The notes beneath the pieces are model-generated. The model made no database searches. It saw only the letters and a list, made by a program, of their open reading frames with translations, and was not told the DNA's origin. A program made the translations under genes and the position numbers. From Candidatus Nitrospinota bacterium M3_3B_026 (GTDB lineage: Bacteria; Nitrospinota_A; UBA7883; JBPRGF01), in assembly GCA_051418015.1 (NCBI GenBank), contig JBPRGF010000031.1, forward strand, positions 139,167 through 203,166: 64,000 nucleotides of DNA, read 5' to 3'. This document shows positions 38,778 through 49,483 of this stretch, in pieces (position 1 is the stretch's first letter; each line of letters opens with the position of its first letter).

Positions 38778-39746
38778 ATGACCACAGAGCCTTTGCTGGA
38801 AGTTTCGGGCCTCAAAAAGTTTTTCCCCATAAAGACGGGCGTCTTCTCCCACGTCTCCGGCCACGTGCGCGCAGTCGACGGGGTCGGGTTCTCCATCGGA
38901 CGGGGAAAGACGCTGGGGCTTGTGGGAGAGTCCGGCTGCGGGAAAACGACCACGGGCCGGCTCGTCCTGCGCCTGATGGAGCCTACGGAGGGCAGAGTGC
39001 TCTTTGAAGGGGGGGACATCACCTCCCTGTCCGGAAAACGCATGAGAGCCCTGCGCCGGAAAATGCAGATCGTCTTCCAGGACCCCTTCGCCTCGCTGAA
39101 CCCCAGGATGACCGTCGGCGCCACGGTCTCGGAGCCTTTCCACGTCCACGGCGTGGGCAAGAAAAATGAGCGGGCCGGCATGGCCGCCGAGGTCCTGGAG
39201 AGGGTCGGGCTGGGCGCGGAGAGCATAAACCGCTACCCCCACGAGTTCTCAGGCGGCCAGCGCCAGCGGATCGGCATAGCAAGGGCCATCGCGCTGAAGC
39301 CGGAGCTGATCGTCCTCGACGAGCCTGTCTCCGCGCTGGACGTCTCCATCCAGGCGCAGGTCATAAACCTGCTCATGGACCTGAAGGAGGAGTTCGGCAT
39401 GGCCTACCTTTTCATCTCGCACGACCTGGCCGTCGTGGAGAGGATGAGCGACCACGTGGGGGTCATGTACCTTGGCAAGATCATGGAGACAGGCCCAGCG
39501 GACGCCGTCTACTCGAACCCCGTCCATCCCTATACCGAGGCGCTCCTTTCCGCCACGCCGATACCCGACCCGGAAAAGAAAGGGTCGAAAATAAAGCTCA
39601 AAGGCGACGTGCCAAGCCCCGCGAACCCTCCCCCGGGCTGCGTTTTCCACACCCGGTGCCCGATACGAAAGGACGAGTGCTCCAGGATCGTCCCCGAGCT
39701 TTCCAGCCGGGACGGCGGGCAGCTTGCGGCCTGTCTTGTAAGGTGA
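38778..39746 (+). CDS. Oligopeptide/dipeptide ABC transporter ATP-binding protein (OppF/AppF type)
   Basis: GESGCGKT, FQDP, YPHEFSGGQRQR, HPYT, GCVFHTRCP. No cognate permease nearby. Start may be 38751. Confidence 0.92.
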   Translation: MTTEPLLEVSGLKKFFPIKTGVFSHVSGHVRAVDGVGFSIGRGKTLGLVGESGCGKTTTGRLVLRLMEPTEGRVLFEGGDITSLSGKRMRALRRKMQIVFQDPFASLNPRMTVGATVSEPFHVHGVGKKNERAGMAAEVLERVGLGAESINRYPHEFSGGQRQRIGIARAIALKPELIVLDEPVSALDVSIQAQVINLLMDLKEEFGMAYLFISHDLAVVERMSDHVGVMYLGKIMETGPADAVYSNPVHPYTEALLSATPIPDPEKKGSKIKLKGDVPSPANPPPGCVFHTRCPIRKDECSRIVPELSSRDGGQLAACLVR

Positions 39747-40336
39747 GCATGGGAGCCGGGATGGAACACGCCGTGGCGCAAAGTGACGGCAGCGCCGTGA
39801 ACATTTTCGGCAGCAGGCCCCGCGCGTGGGCCGTGACCATGGGTTTCGTGGCGGCGATATACACCGCCTCGGCCCTGGGGGGCGGGCTCCAGAGGGAGCT
39901 TTCCAGCCGTGGCTTGGGGGAGCTTGTTTCCGTGTCGATCTTCATGGTCTACATAATCGCCTGCTTTTACATCATAGTCATCCGGCTGGGCCGGTGGGCG
40001 CTCCGGGACGCGGCGGTCCTGACAGCGGCGCTGGCCGCCATCGTCTACACCGCGATACGGCTCGCCAAAAGCCCCTACGACCTGCTTCACATCGTGGAAT
40101 ACTCCCTCCTGGCCGTGCTTTTCCACTACGCCCTGAAGTTCGACGTGAGAACGAGGCTGATATACATGCTCTCCTGGGCGCTCGCGGCCGCATCGGGGGC
40201 CGCGGACGAGGTGATACAATCCTTCATCCCGGAAAGAATATACGCGGTCAACGACATGACGATAGACGCCATATCGGCCGCCGTGGCGCTGGCGGTTCTG
40301 GGGTTTGTCGTGGAGGAAAGAAAAGCGTGGGTTTGA
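39743..40336 (+). CDS. VanZ-family membrane protein
   Basis: Multiple transmembrane segments, HIVEYSLL, DEVIQSFIPER...D...D. Confidence 0.78.
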   Translation: MSMGAGMEHAVAQSDGSAVNIFGSRPRAWAVTMGFVAAIYTASALGGGLQRELSSRGLGELVSVSIFMVYIIACFYIIVIRLGRWALRDAAVLTAALAAIVYTAIRLAKSPYDLLHIVEYSLLAVLFHYALKFDVRTRLIYMLSWALAAASGAADEVIQSFIPERIYAVNDMTIDAISAAVALAVLGFVVEERKAWV

Positions 40337-41757
40337 GGCTCGCGGCGTTTTTCGTCGTTTTTTCAAGTCTGGCGGGCCCTGCCGCCGCGTCGGCGAACAC
40401 ACTGGAGAAGGCGGCGCGGGCGCTCTTTTCCCAGGGGTGCGTGAACGCGGAGAAAACAGCCGTCCGGGTGGTCGACGCGCGCTCCGGCGCGGTGATCTTC
40501 GACAGAAACGGCGCCACACCGCTGATCCCCGCGTCGGTGATGAAGCTTTTCACCACCGCCGCCGCTCTGGAGTACCTGGGGCCGGCATACAGATTCAAGA
40601 CCGAGATATTTCACACCGGCGCCATCAGGGACGGCGTTATCGAAGGGGATATCATGATCCGCGGCGGGGGCGACCCGAAGCTGACGCCGGAGGCGCTGTG
40701 GAGGATCGCCCGGGACGTGGGAGATATGGGGGTCTCGAGGGTGGAGGGCGCCCTCGTGGCGGACGACTCCTTTTTCGACGGCCGGAAGCTCGCCCCCGGG
40801 TGGAGCCGCAGACGCACCCAGCGCGCCTATGACGCGGGATTGGGGGCGCTGTCGGTGAACTTCAACACCGTCGCGGTCAAGGTATACCCGGGAAGGAGGG
40901 AGGGCGCGCCCCTGACCGCGGCCGTGGAGCCTGAGACGCCCTACGTCACCATCGTCAACAAGGGAAAAACCGCCGGCCAGGGAAAACCCGTCTCGGCCAG
41001 AAGGGCGCCAAGCGGCGGGAGGGTGAAAATCGTCGTCACCGGCGTCATGAGCCCCGGCGCCGATGGCGAGGTGATCTACGTCAACATCGCGGACCCGGCC
41101 AGGTTCGCCGCGGAGACGTTCAGGGCCGCCCTCGAACGCGAGGGGATACGGGTGGACGGCGGGGTCAGGATCGGCCAGGCGCCGGAGGGGGCGAGGCTTT
41201 TATATACACATAAGTCGAAGCCCCTCGCGGCCATCCTGCGCGAGCTGAACCACTACTCCAGCAACTTCGTCGCCGAGCAGATCGTCAAGACCATCGCCGC
41301 CACGGTGAACGGCGAGCCGGGTGAACACGGCGCGGCGCTGGACATGACCCGGAAGTTCGCCGAAAAACTGGGCGTGGACACCGGCCTCCTCGTCTTCGCC
41401 GACGGGTCCGGGCTCTCGCGCGAGAACAGGCTGACGGCCAGGGCTGTCACGGACCTTCTCGGCGCCGTGGCGGGGCGGTTCGACACAGGACCGGACTTCA
41501 TAGCCTCCCTCGGAATAATGGGCGTGGACGGTTCCGTCAAGGAAAGGGTCGAGAACTCCCCCGCCCGCGCGCTGGCCAGGGCCAAGACCGGGACGCTCGC
41601 GGGAGTAAGCTCGCTCGCCGGGTACGTGGCTGGCAGGGAGGGGGGGCTCTACGCCTTCGCCATAATCCAGAACGACAACTCCTGCTACTACGAAAAGGCC
41701 GACAAGCTGGAGGACGATATCGTCACCGCCATTCATCTGATGGACGGCGGCGGCTGA
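40327..41757 (+). CDS. dacB: D-Ala-D-Ala carboxypeptidase/endopeptidase (PBP4, peptidase S13)
   Basis: PASVMK (SxxK), SSN, DGSGLSR, KTGTL. Start trimmed to GTG 40327. Confidence 0.93.
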   Translation: MGLRLAAFFVVFSSLAGPAAASANTLEKAARALFSQGCVNAEKTAVRVVDARSGAVIFDRNGATPLIPASVMKLFTTAAALEYLGPAYRFKTEIFHTGAIRDGVIEGDIMIRGGGDPKLTPEALWRIARDVGDMGVSRVEGALVADDSFFDGRKLAPGWSRRRTQRAYDAGLGALSVNFNTVAVKVYPGRREGAPLTAAVEPETPYVTIVNKGKTAGQGKPVSARRAPSGGRVKIVVTGVMSPGADGEVIYVNIADPARFAAETFRAALEREGIRVDGGVRIGQAPEGARLLYTHKSKPLAAILRELNHYSSNFVAEQIVKTIAATVNGEPGEHGAALDMTRKFAEKLGVDTGLLVFADGSGLSRENRLTARAVTDLLGAVAGRFDTGPDFIASLGIMGVDGSVKERVENSPARALARAKTGTLAGVSSLAGYVAGREGGLYAFAIIQNDNSCYYEKADKLEDDIVTAIHLMDGGG

Positions 41758-43469
41758 TGAGGCGGGCCAGGTGGCGCCTGAAAAAGCCTTGCGAAGCCGA
41801 CGCCCTCGCCGGCGCCTTGGGCGTCCCGCCGGTGGTGGCCCGGCTGCTGGCCGTCCGGGGGATGGAAGACCCGGACAGCGCCCGAGCATACATGGAGGCG
41901 CCGCTGTCGTCCATGGAGGATCCCCTGAGGATGGCGGACATGGACAGGGCCGTGGAAAGGATTGTCCGCGCCCGGGCGCGAAGGGAGAAGATAGTCGTCT
42001 ACGCCGACTACGACGTGGACGGGATAACCGCCGCCGCCGCGCTGATCCGTTTTTTCCGCGAGACTGGTTTCACCGCCGGGTATTACATCCCGGAGCGCCT
42101 GAGCGAAGGATATGGCCTGAACACGCCCGCCGTGGAGCGCATCGCCGGGGAGGGCGCGGGGCTTGTCATCACCGTGGACAGCGGGATATCCGGCCACGCC
42201 GCCGTGGAGCGGGCCAACGCGCTCGGCCTTGACGTGATAGTAACCGACCACCACCAGCCCGGGATGAGACTCCCTCCGGCATACGCCGTTCTGAACCCCC
42301 GCAGAAAGGATTGTCCCTACCCTTTCAAAACCCTCGCCGGGGCCGGGGTGGCCATGAAGCTTCTGATGGCCCTGCGGTCACGCCTCCACGAGGAAGGGAT
42401 GGGAAAGGCGGAGTTGCCTAACCTCAGAAAATACCTGGACCTGATCGCCCTGGGGACGATCGCCGACATGGTCCCGCTGACGGGGGAGAACAGGGTGATG
42501 GCCAGGCACGGCCTGGCCCAGCTTTCCACCACGGACAAGCCGGGCCTGGCGGCGCTCGCGCGCATTGCTCTCCGTGGCGGCGGGCCCGTGACGGCGCGGG
42601 ACGCCGCCTTCTCCCTGGCGCCGGTGTTGAACGCGGCGGGAAGGCTCGGCAGGGCGGACACGGCGCTGAATCTGCTGACTACCGAGGACGAGGGGGAGGC
42701 GAGAAAGCTGGCCGCCTTCCTGGAGGGGGAGAACCTGAAACGGCGCGAGGCGCAACGGGAGATGTTCGAGCAGGCGGTCCGCATGGCCGAAAAGACTGTC
42801 GATTTCGCCCGGGAGAGGATCATAGTCGTGGGAGACGAAGGGTGGTTCTCCGGGGTGGCCGGCATAGTCGCCTCCAAGCTCGTGAACAGGTACCATATGC
42901 CCGCGGCGGTGGTCTGCTTCAAAGACGGGGTGGGGACGGGCTCGGCGAGGTCCATACACCCCTTCAACATCACCGAGGGCCTCGGCAGGGCTTCCGGCGC
43001 GCTGGAGAGATACGGCGGCCACAGGCTGGCCGCCGGTTTCACCGTGCGGCGCGAGAAGTTCGCGGAGTTGAAGGAGGCGCTCGCCGCCGCCGCGGGCGAT
43101 GACCTCAGCCCGGAGGACCTCGTCCCGGAGGTCGAGATAGACCTTGCGGCGGAGCCTTCCGATTTCGACATGGAGACCGTGGAGGCGCTGTCGGCGCTGG
43201 AGCCTTTCGGGGAGGGGGCGCCGGCCCCGGTCTTCCTCAGCCGGGGCGTGGCCGTCAAGGAGCTGAGGAGGATGGGCAGGGAGGGCGCGAGCGTCCGCCT
43301 CTCCCTGGACGGCGGAGTGGAGGCGGTCGGGTTCGGCATGGCGGAGCTTTTCGCCGGGGCTCGAGGCCCGCAGGAGAGGTTCGACATCGTCTACACGCCG
43401 GAGATAAACGCCTGGGGGTCATCCAGGCGGCCGCGGCTGCGCCTCATCGACGCGCGCGGCTCCTGTTGA
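41757..43469 (+). CDS. recJ: ssDNA-specific exonuclease RecJ
   Basis: DYDVDG, TVDSG, TDHH, GTIADMVPL, NAAGRL, GSARS, GGH..AAG. Confidence 0.96.
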   Translation: MRRARWRLKKPCEADALAGALGVPPVVARLLAVRGMEDPDSARAYMEAPLSSMEDPLRMADMDRAVERIVRARARREKIVVYADYDVDGITAAAALIRFFRETGFTAGYYIPERLSEGYGLNTPAVERIAGEGAGLVITVDSGISGHAAVERANALGLDVIVTDHHQPGMRLPPAYAVLNPRRKDCPYPFKTLAGAGVAMKLLMALRSRLHEEGMGKAELPNLRKYLDLIALGTIADMVPLTGENRVMARHGLAQLSTTDKPGLAALARIALRGGGPVTARDAAFSLAPVLNAAGRLGRADTALNLLTTEDEGEARKLAAFLEGENLKRREAQREMFEQAVRMAEKTVDFARERIIVVGDEGWFSGVAGIVASKLVNRYHMPAAVVCFKDGVGTGSARSIHPFNITEGLGRASGALERYGGHRLAAGFTVRREKFAELKEALAAAAGDDLSPEDLVPEVEIDLAAEPSDFDMETVEALSALEPFGEGAPAPVFLSRGVAVKELRRMGREGASVRLSLDGGVEAVGFGMAELFAGARGPQERFDIVYTPEINAWGSSRRPRLRLIDARGSC

Positions 43470-43484
43470 GCGCCCGGGCGGGCT

Positions 43485-43832
43485 TCAGCCCTTCCCGCCG
43501 CCGTTGTGGCGGTAGGCTATCACCCTGACCTTCTCGACCGTCACAAGGCCCTCCCCTATCATCCCGTCGAGCTCCGGCAAAAATTTTTCTATCTTCTCCG
43601 GCGTGTCGACGATCTCGACGATCATGGGAAGGTCCTCGGAGAGCCTCAGTATCTTGGCGGTATGCAGGACGCTGTTCGCCCCATACCCCAGAAGACCGCG
43701 CAGAACAGTGGCCCCGGCGAGGCCCCTTTCCCGGGCAAGCTCCACTATCGCCTCGTAAAGGGGTTTGCCGCCGAGCTTGTCGCTCTCGCCGATAAAAACC
43801 CTCAAAAGCTCCGCCTCGGATGGAAGCCTCAT
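43485..43832 (-). CDS. DUF190 (PII-like) protein
   Basis: LRVFIGESD, GLAGATVLRG, LSEDLP. Usual partner of crcB. Confidence 0.9.
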   Translation of the reverse strand: MRLPSEAELLRVFIGESDKLGGKPLYEAIVELARERGLAGATVLRGLLGYGANSVLHTAKILRLSEDLPMIVEIVDTPEKIEKFLPELDGMIGEGLVTVEKVRVIAYRHNGGGKG

Positions 43833-43851
43833 GCCCTCCTCCACGCCGTTG

Positions 43852-44232
43852 TCATATAACCCGTCCCAACGCAAGGCCCATGATGACAAGCGCGATCCCC
43901 GCGGCGTTGTTCAGGGCGATGGAGCCCGCCGCCCAGAGCCATTGTGAGTCGCGGGCGAGCTCCACCGTCTCCAGCGCGTAGGTGGAAAAGGTGGTGAACG
44001 CGCCCAGGAAGCCTATCATGACGATGGTCCTCGCCTCGCCGCCGATGGCGAGCCGCTCCACCGCCAGCGCCCAGAAAAACCCGGCCAGGAAACAGCCGAT
44101 CCCGTTGACCGCCGCCGTGCCCCAGGGAAACTCGCTTTTCGAAAAGCCCTGCGCAACCCCCGAAAGCCAGTACCGGCAAAGCGCCCCCAGCGCCCCGCCT
44201 AAAGCCAGCCCCAAAAATTTCTGATACGCCAT
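43852..44232 (-). CDS. crcB: Fluoride efflux channel Fluc
   Basis: GGALGALCRY, FPWGT..VN, GFLGAFTTFST. Confidence 0.95.
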   Translation of the reverse strand: MAYQKFLGLALGGALGALCRYWLSGVAQGFSKSEFPWGTAAVNGIGCFLAGFFWALAVERLAIGGEARTIVMIGFLGAFTTFSTYALETVELARDSQWLWAAGSIALNNAAGIALVIMGLALGRVI

Positions 44233-44251
44233 GCGTCTGGAAAACCTTAGT

Positions 44252-46024
44252 CTATGGCGAGGATTTTTCCATGCCGAAAGTCTCCCTCAAAAGCCTCAAA
44301 AGCTCCAGCGCCCTATGGGCGTAAGTATGGCGGGAGCTTATCACATCCGCGCCATTTTTCGCGATCCGCTCACGCTCCTGGCCGTTTTCCAGGTAGAACG
44401 CCGCCTTGGCGGCCAGCTCGTCCATGTCCCTGTATGTCTCCACGCTCCCGCCGGGGGTCAGGATCTCCGAGACGGCCTCGGGCCCGTCCGTGAGCAGAAA
44501 CGAGCCGCAGGCGGGAACGTCGAAAACCCTCTGGTTGACGGAGCGGAGAAGCTGGGCGTTGGAGACGTTGAGGTTCACCTTCGTGGCCCGGTAGACCTCC
44601 GCCAGCCCTTTACCGTAAGAGACCGGCGGATGGAGGGTGAAAGACGGCCCTAAAAACTTTTCCCAACCCTCATCGCCGAAGACGTGGGGCGAAAACCTTT
44701 CCAGGGCCGACAGCGCCTCCACTCTTCTTTTCTGGCTCCATCTGGACGCTATCGCCGCCTCCAGCGAGGCCAGCTCACCGCCGGTGTATCCTCCGCCCGC
44801 CGTCTCGCGCGCGACGATTTGTCCCAGGCGCGCAGGGGCGGACGGCGGCGGCGCGGACGTCAGCTTCTCATATATTCCGAGGAGCTCTTCGTGTTTTTCG
44901 ATCTCCGCCAGGCGATGGTTCAAAATCTTCTCCATCGAGTTTCCCACAAAGGAGACGCCGAACTTTTTTTCCGCGAGCCCGGCCGTGGGATGAAAAACGG
45001 TGGTGTCGGCGGCGTAGGGCAAATGGAAGACGTTTTCAAAACCCAACCGCCTCAAAGGCTCTATATAGGCGCCGTCCCAGACAAGGTACAGGCCGAACGG
45101 AGAGGCGTTCCACGAGCCGCCGCCAAGCAGGGGAAGGGGGTTGTCCACGAACCATGCGGCGTGGGGAATTCTGTGATAGGTGAAAAAATCGGCCAGGACA
45201 CCGCCGAGGTCAAACCCTATCAGGTTTATGGAGAGCAGAAAGTCCGGCCGGAACCCGGCGGCCGCCCCGGCGAGCTGCCCCAGGAACCCGGTCTCACCCT
45301 CGCCTCTGATCTTCGCGGGGATCGTTTTCACCCGCGTCCCGGCGTTCCCGAGGGCGGCCCTGATCTCCCTTTCGATGAAAAAGCCGCCCTCCAGCAGGAT
45401 GGCCCTGTACGGCTTCGATGCGAAACGGGGCCGCCGCATCGCCTCCTTCAGCTTCGGCATGGAGATTTTTTCGAGATATTCCACCGCCTCCATGATCTTC
45501 GGGAAAACCGTCCTGTACGGCGGATTCAGGTAATAAAAGGTTTTATGATCTTTCGGCCCCACAAGCTCTTTCAGCCGCTCCATGAACGATGGCCCCACGA
45601 TAAAGAAGGCGTCCCGGCGCCTGAAAAGCGGCGCGATCACGGCGTTTTCCATCGCCAGCCGGAAGATCTCGGCGGAGGGCTCGACGACGATGAGCTTCTG
45701 GCCCGGCGCCATCGCCTTCGCCGCCGCCGCGGGCAGGCTCCCAAGGCCCATCCCCAATATCACGACGCGCTCTTCCGCGCCGATATCGCCCCATGATGCG
45801 ACGATCCTCTCCGCCTCCCTCTCCGGGCCGTAGGCGCTGTTGAAACTTATGACTTTTCCACCGGGGGCCTCGGCGCGCAGAACAAGGGCGTCCCTTTTCG
45901 CCGTCTCGACCCGCGCCGTCCCCGGCCCATCCGCCGGAGCGGACACCAGAAGAGAGGCCACCTCCTCGTGGTGTTTTCTCAGCGCCTCAAGGTTTTCGGC
46001 GTAAATCTTTCCGGGATCTTTCAT
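44252..46024 (-). CDS. CgeB/DUF3880-type glycosyltransferase with a Maf-like N-terminal domain
   Basis: N-terminal ENLEAL...NSAYGPEREA...LGMGLG..VVEP. C-terminal WFVDNP, SFVG, NQRVFDVPACGSF, HTYAHR. Confidence 0.78.
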   Translation of the reverse strand: MKDPGKIYAENLEALRKHHEEVASLLVSAPADGPGTARVETAKRDALVLRAEAPGGKVISFNSAYGPEREAERIVASWGDIGAEERVVILGMGLGSLPAAAAKAMAPGQKLIVVEPSAEIFRLAMENAVIAPLFRRRDAFFIVGPSFMERLKELVGPKDHKTFYYLNPPYRTVFPKIMEAVEYLEKISMPKLKEAMRRPRFASKPYRAILLEGGFFIEREIRAALGNAGTRVKTIPAKIRGEGETGFLGQLAGAAAGFRPDFLLSINLIGFDLGGVLADFFTYHRIPHAAWFVDNPLPLLGGGSWNASPFGLYLVWDGAYIEPLRRLGFENVFHLPYAADTTVFHPTAGLAEKKFGVSFVGNSMEKILNHRLAEIEKHEELLGIYEKLTSAPPPSAPARLGQIVARETAGGGYTGGELASLEAAIASRWSQKRRVEALSALERFSPHVFGDEGWEKFLGPSFTLHPPVSYGKGLAEVYRATKVNLNVSNAQLLRSVNQRVFDVPACGSFLLTDGPEAVSEILTPGGSVETYRDMDELAAKAAFYLENGQERERIAKNGADVISSRHTYAHRALELLRLLRETFGMEKSSP

Positions 46025-47004
46025 GAAAAAACATGAGCCGCGGGGCCGCCGCGGGGCCCTCCGGCAGTTATGGCGCCCCACGCCTCGCGGATGGACTCCA
46101 GCTCTCTTTCGCGGGAGTAGTTCTCCCGGATGAACCTCGCCGCCGCGGCGCCCTTTTCGGCCATGGCGGCGGGGTTCTCGCCGGCGAGGGAGAGGATTTC
46201 CTCCACGGCCCTGACGAAGCCCGTTATATCCTCCTGGGCCACCGGCCAGGAGAACTCCGGCCTGAAAAACTCCGCCCCTCCGCCGCCGTGGAACCCCGCG
46301 ACCACGCATCCGCAGGCCATCGCCTCCGCCGGGGGCAACCCGAAACCCTCCGGGAAGCCGAAGCTCAGGAAGACCATCGCCTCGCCCAGGGCCGCCGCCA
46401 CCTCCGCCTCGGGCAGACCGTCTATGGGGTGGAGACGGAAGCCCCTCAGCGAGCGCCGGAACTTCAGCATGTTGACAACCTGGTTCACGGCGTGGGGGTT
46501 CTTGCGCGGCATGAAGGCTATCGTCTTTTTCTTCTCCGGGGCCGGGGCAAAAAGCCCGCTGTCTATCCCGTATCGGACGCGGTGGACGGGTATGCCCGGG
46601 AAGGCGAACCCGAGGTAATCCTTGCTGTCCTCGGAGACGGTGATGACGGCGGCCAGATCATCGCTCAGGTAGGGGCTTTTCATGTCGGCCGGGTCCAGCC
46701 CGTAGGCGTTGAAAGTATAGTAGCAGTTCTGATTGAAGATCACCTTGCGGACGCCCTTGGCCGTCTGTGTGAAGGCGGGGCCGACGAGCTCCGGCGCCGC
46801 GAGTATGTCGTCCGCCGCGAGGCTGACCGACGGGGTGTACTCTATCCTCGTCTTGTTTTCGAACCACGAGGCGCGGAAACCCGGCCTGTCGTGCAGGACG
46901 AAGGCCCGGTACCCGATCTCGTTCAGCGCGTCGACGTGGCGGTATATCTGCTTTATTCCGCCGACCGGCCTGTCGTTGTCGAAGCAGTAGAAGTATATTC
47001 TCAT
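46021..47004 (-). CDS. Glycosyltransferase family 4
   Basis: GGIKQIY, MPRKN, EGFGLPPAEAMACG. ATGA overlap with the downstream gene. Confidence 0.88.
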   Translation of the reverse strand: MRIYFYCFDNDRPVGGIKQIYRHVDALNEIGYRAFVLHDRPGFRASWFENKTRIEYTPSVSLAADDILAAPELVGPAFTQTAKGVRKVIFNQNCYYTFNAYGLDPADMKSPYLSDDLAAVITVSEDSKDYLGFAFPGIPVHRVRYGIDSGLFAPAPEKKKTIAFMPRKNPHAVNQVVNMLKFRRSLRGFRLHPIDGLPEAEVAAALGEAMVFLSFGFPEGFGLPPAEAMACGCVVAGFHGGGGAEFFRPEFSWPVAQEDITGFVRAVEEILSLAGENPAAMAEKGAAAARFIRENYSRERELESIREAWGAITAGGPRGGPAAHVFS

Positions 47005-47157
47005 CCGTGAATCACCGCAGGGGCGAACCGTCCCCGGCGCCAGCGGCGCGCAAAGCCTGCCGCCGCCGGCCCTCGAGGACAATGGTACCACGGCGCTTCG
47101 CGGTCATCACGGCCGCGTCCCGCGCCCCGGAAAAAGCCTGCGCCGCCCCGGCGGGGC

Positions 47158-48315
47158 CTATCTCGCAGCCTCGCCGAGGGGGACGTGGGTCGATTCCGTC
47201 GCGGTGATCTCCGAATGGTAGCCGAGGAACGCCTCCACCTTCACGGAGACTTTGCCCGGGGGGGCGGCGCTGAACATGAAACGGACGACCCTCCGCTCCC
47301 TCGGCGCAAGGGAGGTGTTGGAGACCATCCTGGCGCCGTAAAGAAAAGCCTCGGCGTCGGTCTTGAGCCAGTTTCCATCCTTGTCGGCGATCTGCTTGCC
47401 GAAAGTTCTGATTTGCGTCACGGGGGTTGTCCCCTCCCCCTTGATGGTCACCTCCAGCGCCAGCCGCCGCGACGGCGCTCCGGTGGGGATGTTATGCCCG
47501 GCCTTGACGTTGGCGATGGCCACGTCGACGACGTAGCGGCCGCCCTCGGTTTTCTCAGCCTTCACCAGCTCCACGTCCACGGCCTCCGTCATCTGGTCGA
47601 GGTTGTGCGACAGGCCGTGGTCCGGGATGGTGTCGGCCTTGGGCGTCTTCACCGACGGGTCAACCGGCGCGCCGGGTATCTCGGACATGTGGCAGTCCTG
47701 GCACTGGACGCCCGCGGCGGCGTACTCGGAGTTCTTCCATTCCGTGTATGTCGCGCCGGTCTTCAGCCCGTTCCGGTTGGTCATCTCGTGGCAGGCGCCG
47801 CAAAGGGCGGCCTTGTTGAACCAGTCCGCATAGGCGGGCACGTGCGCCGCCGGGGTCTCTTCGTATGGTTTTTCAAATTGTCTCATGGCGGCTCTCTTTT
47901 TCCCGCCCACGTCAAGGTCGAAGGGCGCCTCCGGCCTGTCGAGATGAACGTCCTCCACGGTGTGGCAGAAGTCGCAGGTCACCCCCTCCCGGGTGATTTT
48001 CATTTCGGCGTCAAAATCGCCGGTGGAATAGGTCGTGGGGGCGTGGCATTTCAGGCAAAACTTCTTGGCCTCCCCTTTCGTCTCGAGGTAGGCGCGGCGG
48101 TAGGCGGTCATGAACACGGGGTTGGTGTGAGAAAGGGCGTGGAGAGAGTTTTTCCAGCTTTCGTAAATATCAGCGTGGCAATAAGAGCAGATCTCGGCGC
48201 TCGTGTACCCCTGACGGTCTATCTCCTCCGCCTCCGCCGTCACGGACGCCATCGCCGCCGCGATGACAAAAACAACGGCCCAAAGCGGCGCTATCCGCGC
48301 GATTTTTTCTCTCAT
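47158..48315 (-). CDS. Exported pentaheme c-type cytochrome (c554/c552-like) with a C-terminal beta domain
   Basis: Signal peptide, CSYCH, CLKCH, CDFCH, CGACH, CQDCH, and AGHNIPTG. Confidence 0.9.
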   Translation of the reverse strand: MREKIARIAPLWAVVFVIAAAMASVTAEAEEIDRQGYTSAEICSYCHADIYESWKNSLHALSHTNPVFMTAYRRAYLETKGEAKKFCLKCHAPTTYSTGDFDAEMKITREGVTCDFCHTVEDVHLDRPEAPFDLDVGGKKRAAMRQFEKPYEETPAAHVPAYADWFNKAALCGACHEMTNRNGLKTGATYTEWKNSEYAAAGVQCQDCHMSEIPGAPVDPSVKTPKADTIPDHGLSHNLDQMTEAVDVELVKAEKTEGGRYVVDVAIANVKAGHNIPTGAPSRRLALEVTIKGEGTTPVTQIRTFGKQIADKDGNWLKTDAEAFLYGARMVSNTSLAPRERRVVRFMFSAAPPGKVSVKVEAFLGYHSEITATESTHVPLGEAAR

Positions 48316-48492
48316 CTCCAAAACCCCCGATCAAAATCAGTTACGCTTTATCGCCGACTGGGCGGCTCCGCTCATAATATAAGCCCTTGCCCCAGGATCG
48401 CGCGGTTTTTCCCGCTCTTCCACTACCTATATGATGCCCGACTCGCGTCATTGATGGCGGAAAATCACAAAAAATGATCGGGGTGATTAGTC

Positions 48493-48520
48493 TTGACTTG
48501 CCGAGGGGCTTATGTAAAAT
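48493..48520 (+). promoter_or_regulatory. Putative sigma-70 promoter
   Basis: TTGACT-16 nt-TAAAAT, 21 nt before ATG 48542. Confidence 0.55.
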
Positions 48521-48541
48521 GACACAGAGGTAAATATTTAT

Positions 48542-49465
48542 ATGTCCTCTAGAATATTAATATTGATTCTTGCGGCGGCTCTTTTGCCGCAGGCTATCCC
48601 CATAGCGGCCGCGGCGCAGGGGGGCGAGCAGGTCGTAGAAGACGAGGTGTACCAGTACAACCCGAAGGAGTCCGCTCCTCCGCGTGGCCGTTACAAAAGC
48701 GCGGAAGCGGCGTCCTCCGGCCCGGCCCCATCGTCCCCGGCGCCGGGCGGGAACGGGGGGGAGCCCTACGGCGAGGATTTCGTCTTCGAGTTGCGGGGTT
48801 TTTACTGGATGGCGTCTCTTGACGCGAAGATCAGGGTCGACAGCGGCGAGCTTGAGGGGACGGAGTTGGACGTCGTCGAGGATCTCGGTTTCGACAGGAC
48901 AAAAGGCGTCCCCGGCGCGGAGATGACCATAAAGTTTTTAGGCCGCCACAAGATAAAGCTCGATTACACACAGTTCACCTACTCCACCAGCGACATGGTG
49001 GAGAAAAGTTTTGTCTTTAACGGCGTGGAGTATCCGGCGGAAAGCCAGGTGGACGCTGAGATCGGCGTCTACTCCGTCCGGCTCGGCTACGAGTACGACT
49101 TTTACCGGAGCGCGGCCGGGTATATAAGCGGGCGGCTCTCCGGCGATTACCTTTACGCCCGGGCGTCGCTGGTCACGAACGACATCCTGGGCAACAAAGC
49201 GTCGTTGAGCCTTGTCGCGCCTACCCTGGCGGTGGCCGGGCGGTGGAACGCGGCGAGGTGGCTTTCCTTCACGGCGGATGTCTCCGGTGTGGCTTATGAC
49301 AAGTCGAGCATATTCGACGGGGCCGTGTACATGGACATAAACCCCGTCCCGTCGATCGGCTTCACCGTCGGGTGGAGAAGCATACTGGTGAACATAGACG
49401 TGGAGGAGAAAAAGTCCGAAGCGGCGTGGAGCGGTCTTTACGGCGGAGTGGCCATCAGGATATAA
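48542..49465 (+). CDS. Probable outer-membrane beta-barrel protein
   Basis: Signal peptide, alternating amphipathic strands rich in aromatic residues, C-terminus GLYGGVAIRI. Confidence 0.7.
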   Translation: MSSRILILILAAALLPQAIPIAAAAQGGEQVVEDEVYQYNPKESAPPRGRYKSAEAASSGPAPSSPAPGGNGGEPYGEDFVFELRGFYWMASLDAKIRVDSGELEGTELDVVEDLGFDRTKGVPGAEMTIKFLGRHKIKLDYTQFTYSTSDMVEKSFVFNGVEYPAESQVDAEIGVYSVRLGYEYDFYRSAAGYISGRLSGDYLYARASLVTNDILGNKASLSLVAPTLAVAGRWNAARWLSFTADVSGVAYDKSSIFDGAVYMDINPVPSIGFTVGWRSILVNIDVEEKKSEAAWSGLYGGVAIRI

Positions 49466-49483
49466 AAGAGAGGAAAGGGGATC

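Noticed and set aside
44232..44260. Fluoride riboswitch upstream of crcB
   Set aside because: Only 19 bp separate crcB from the upstream gene and no riboswitch motif is visible.
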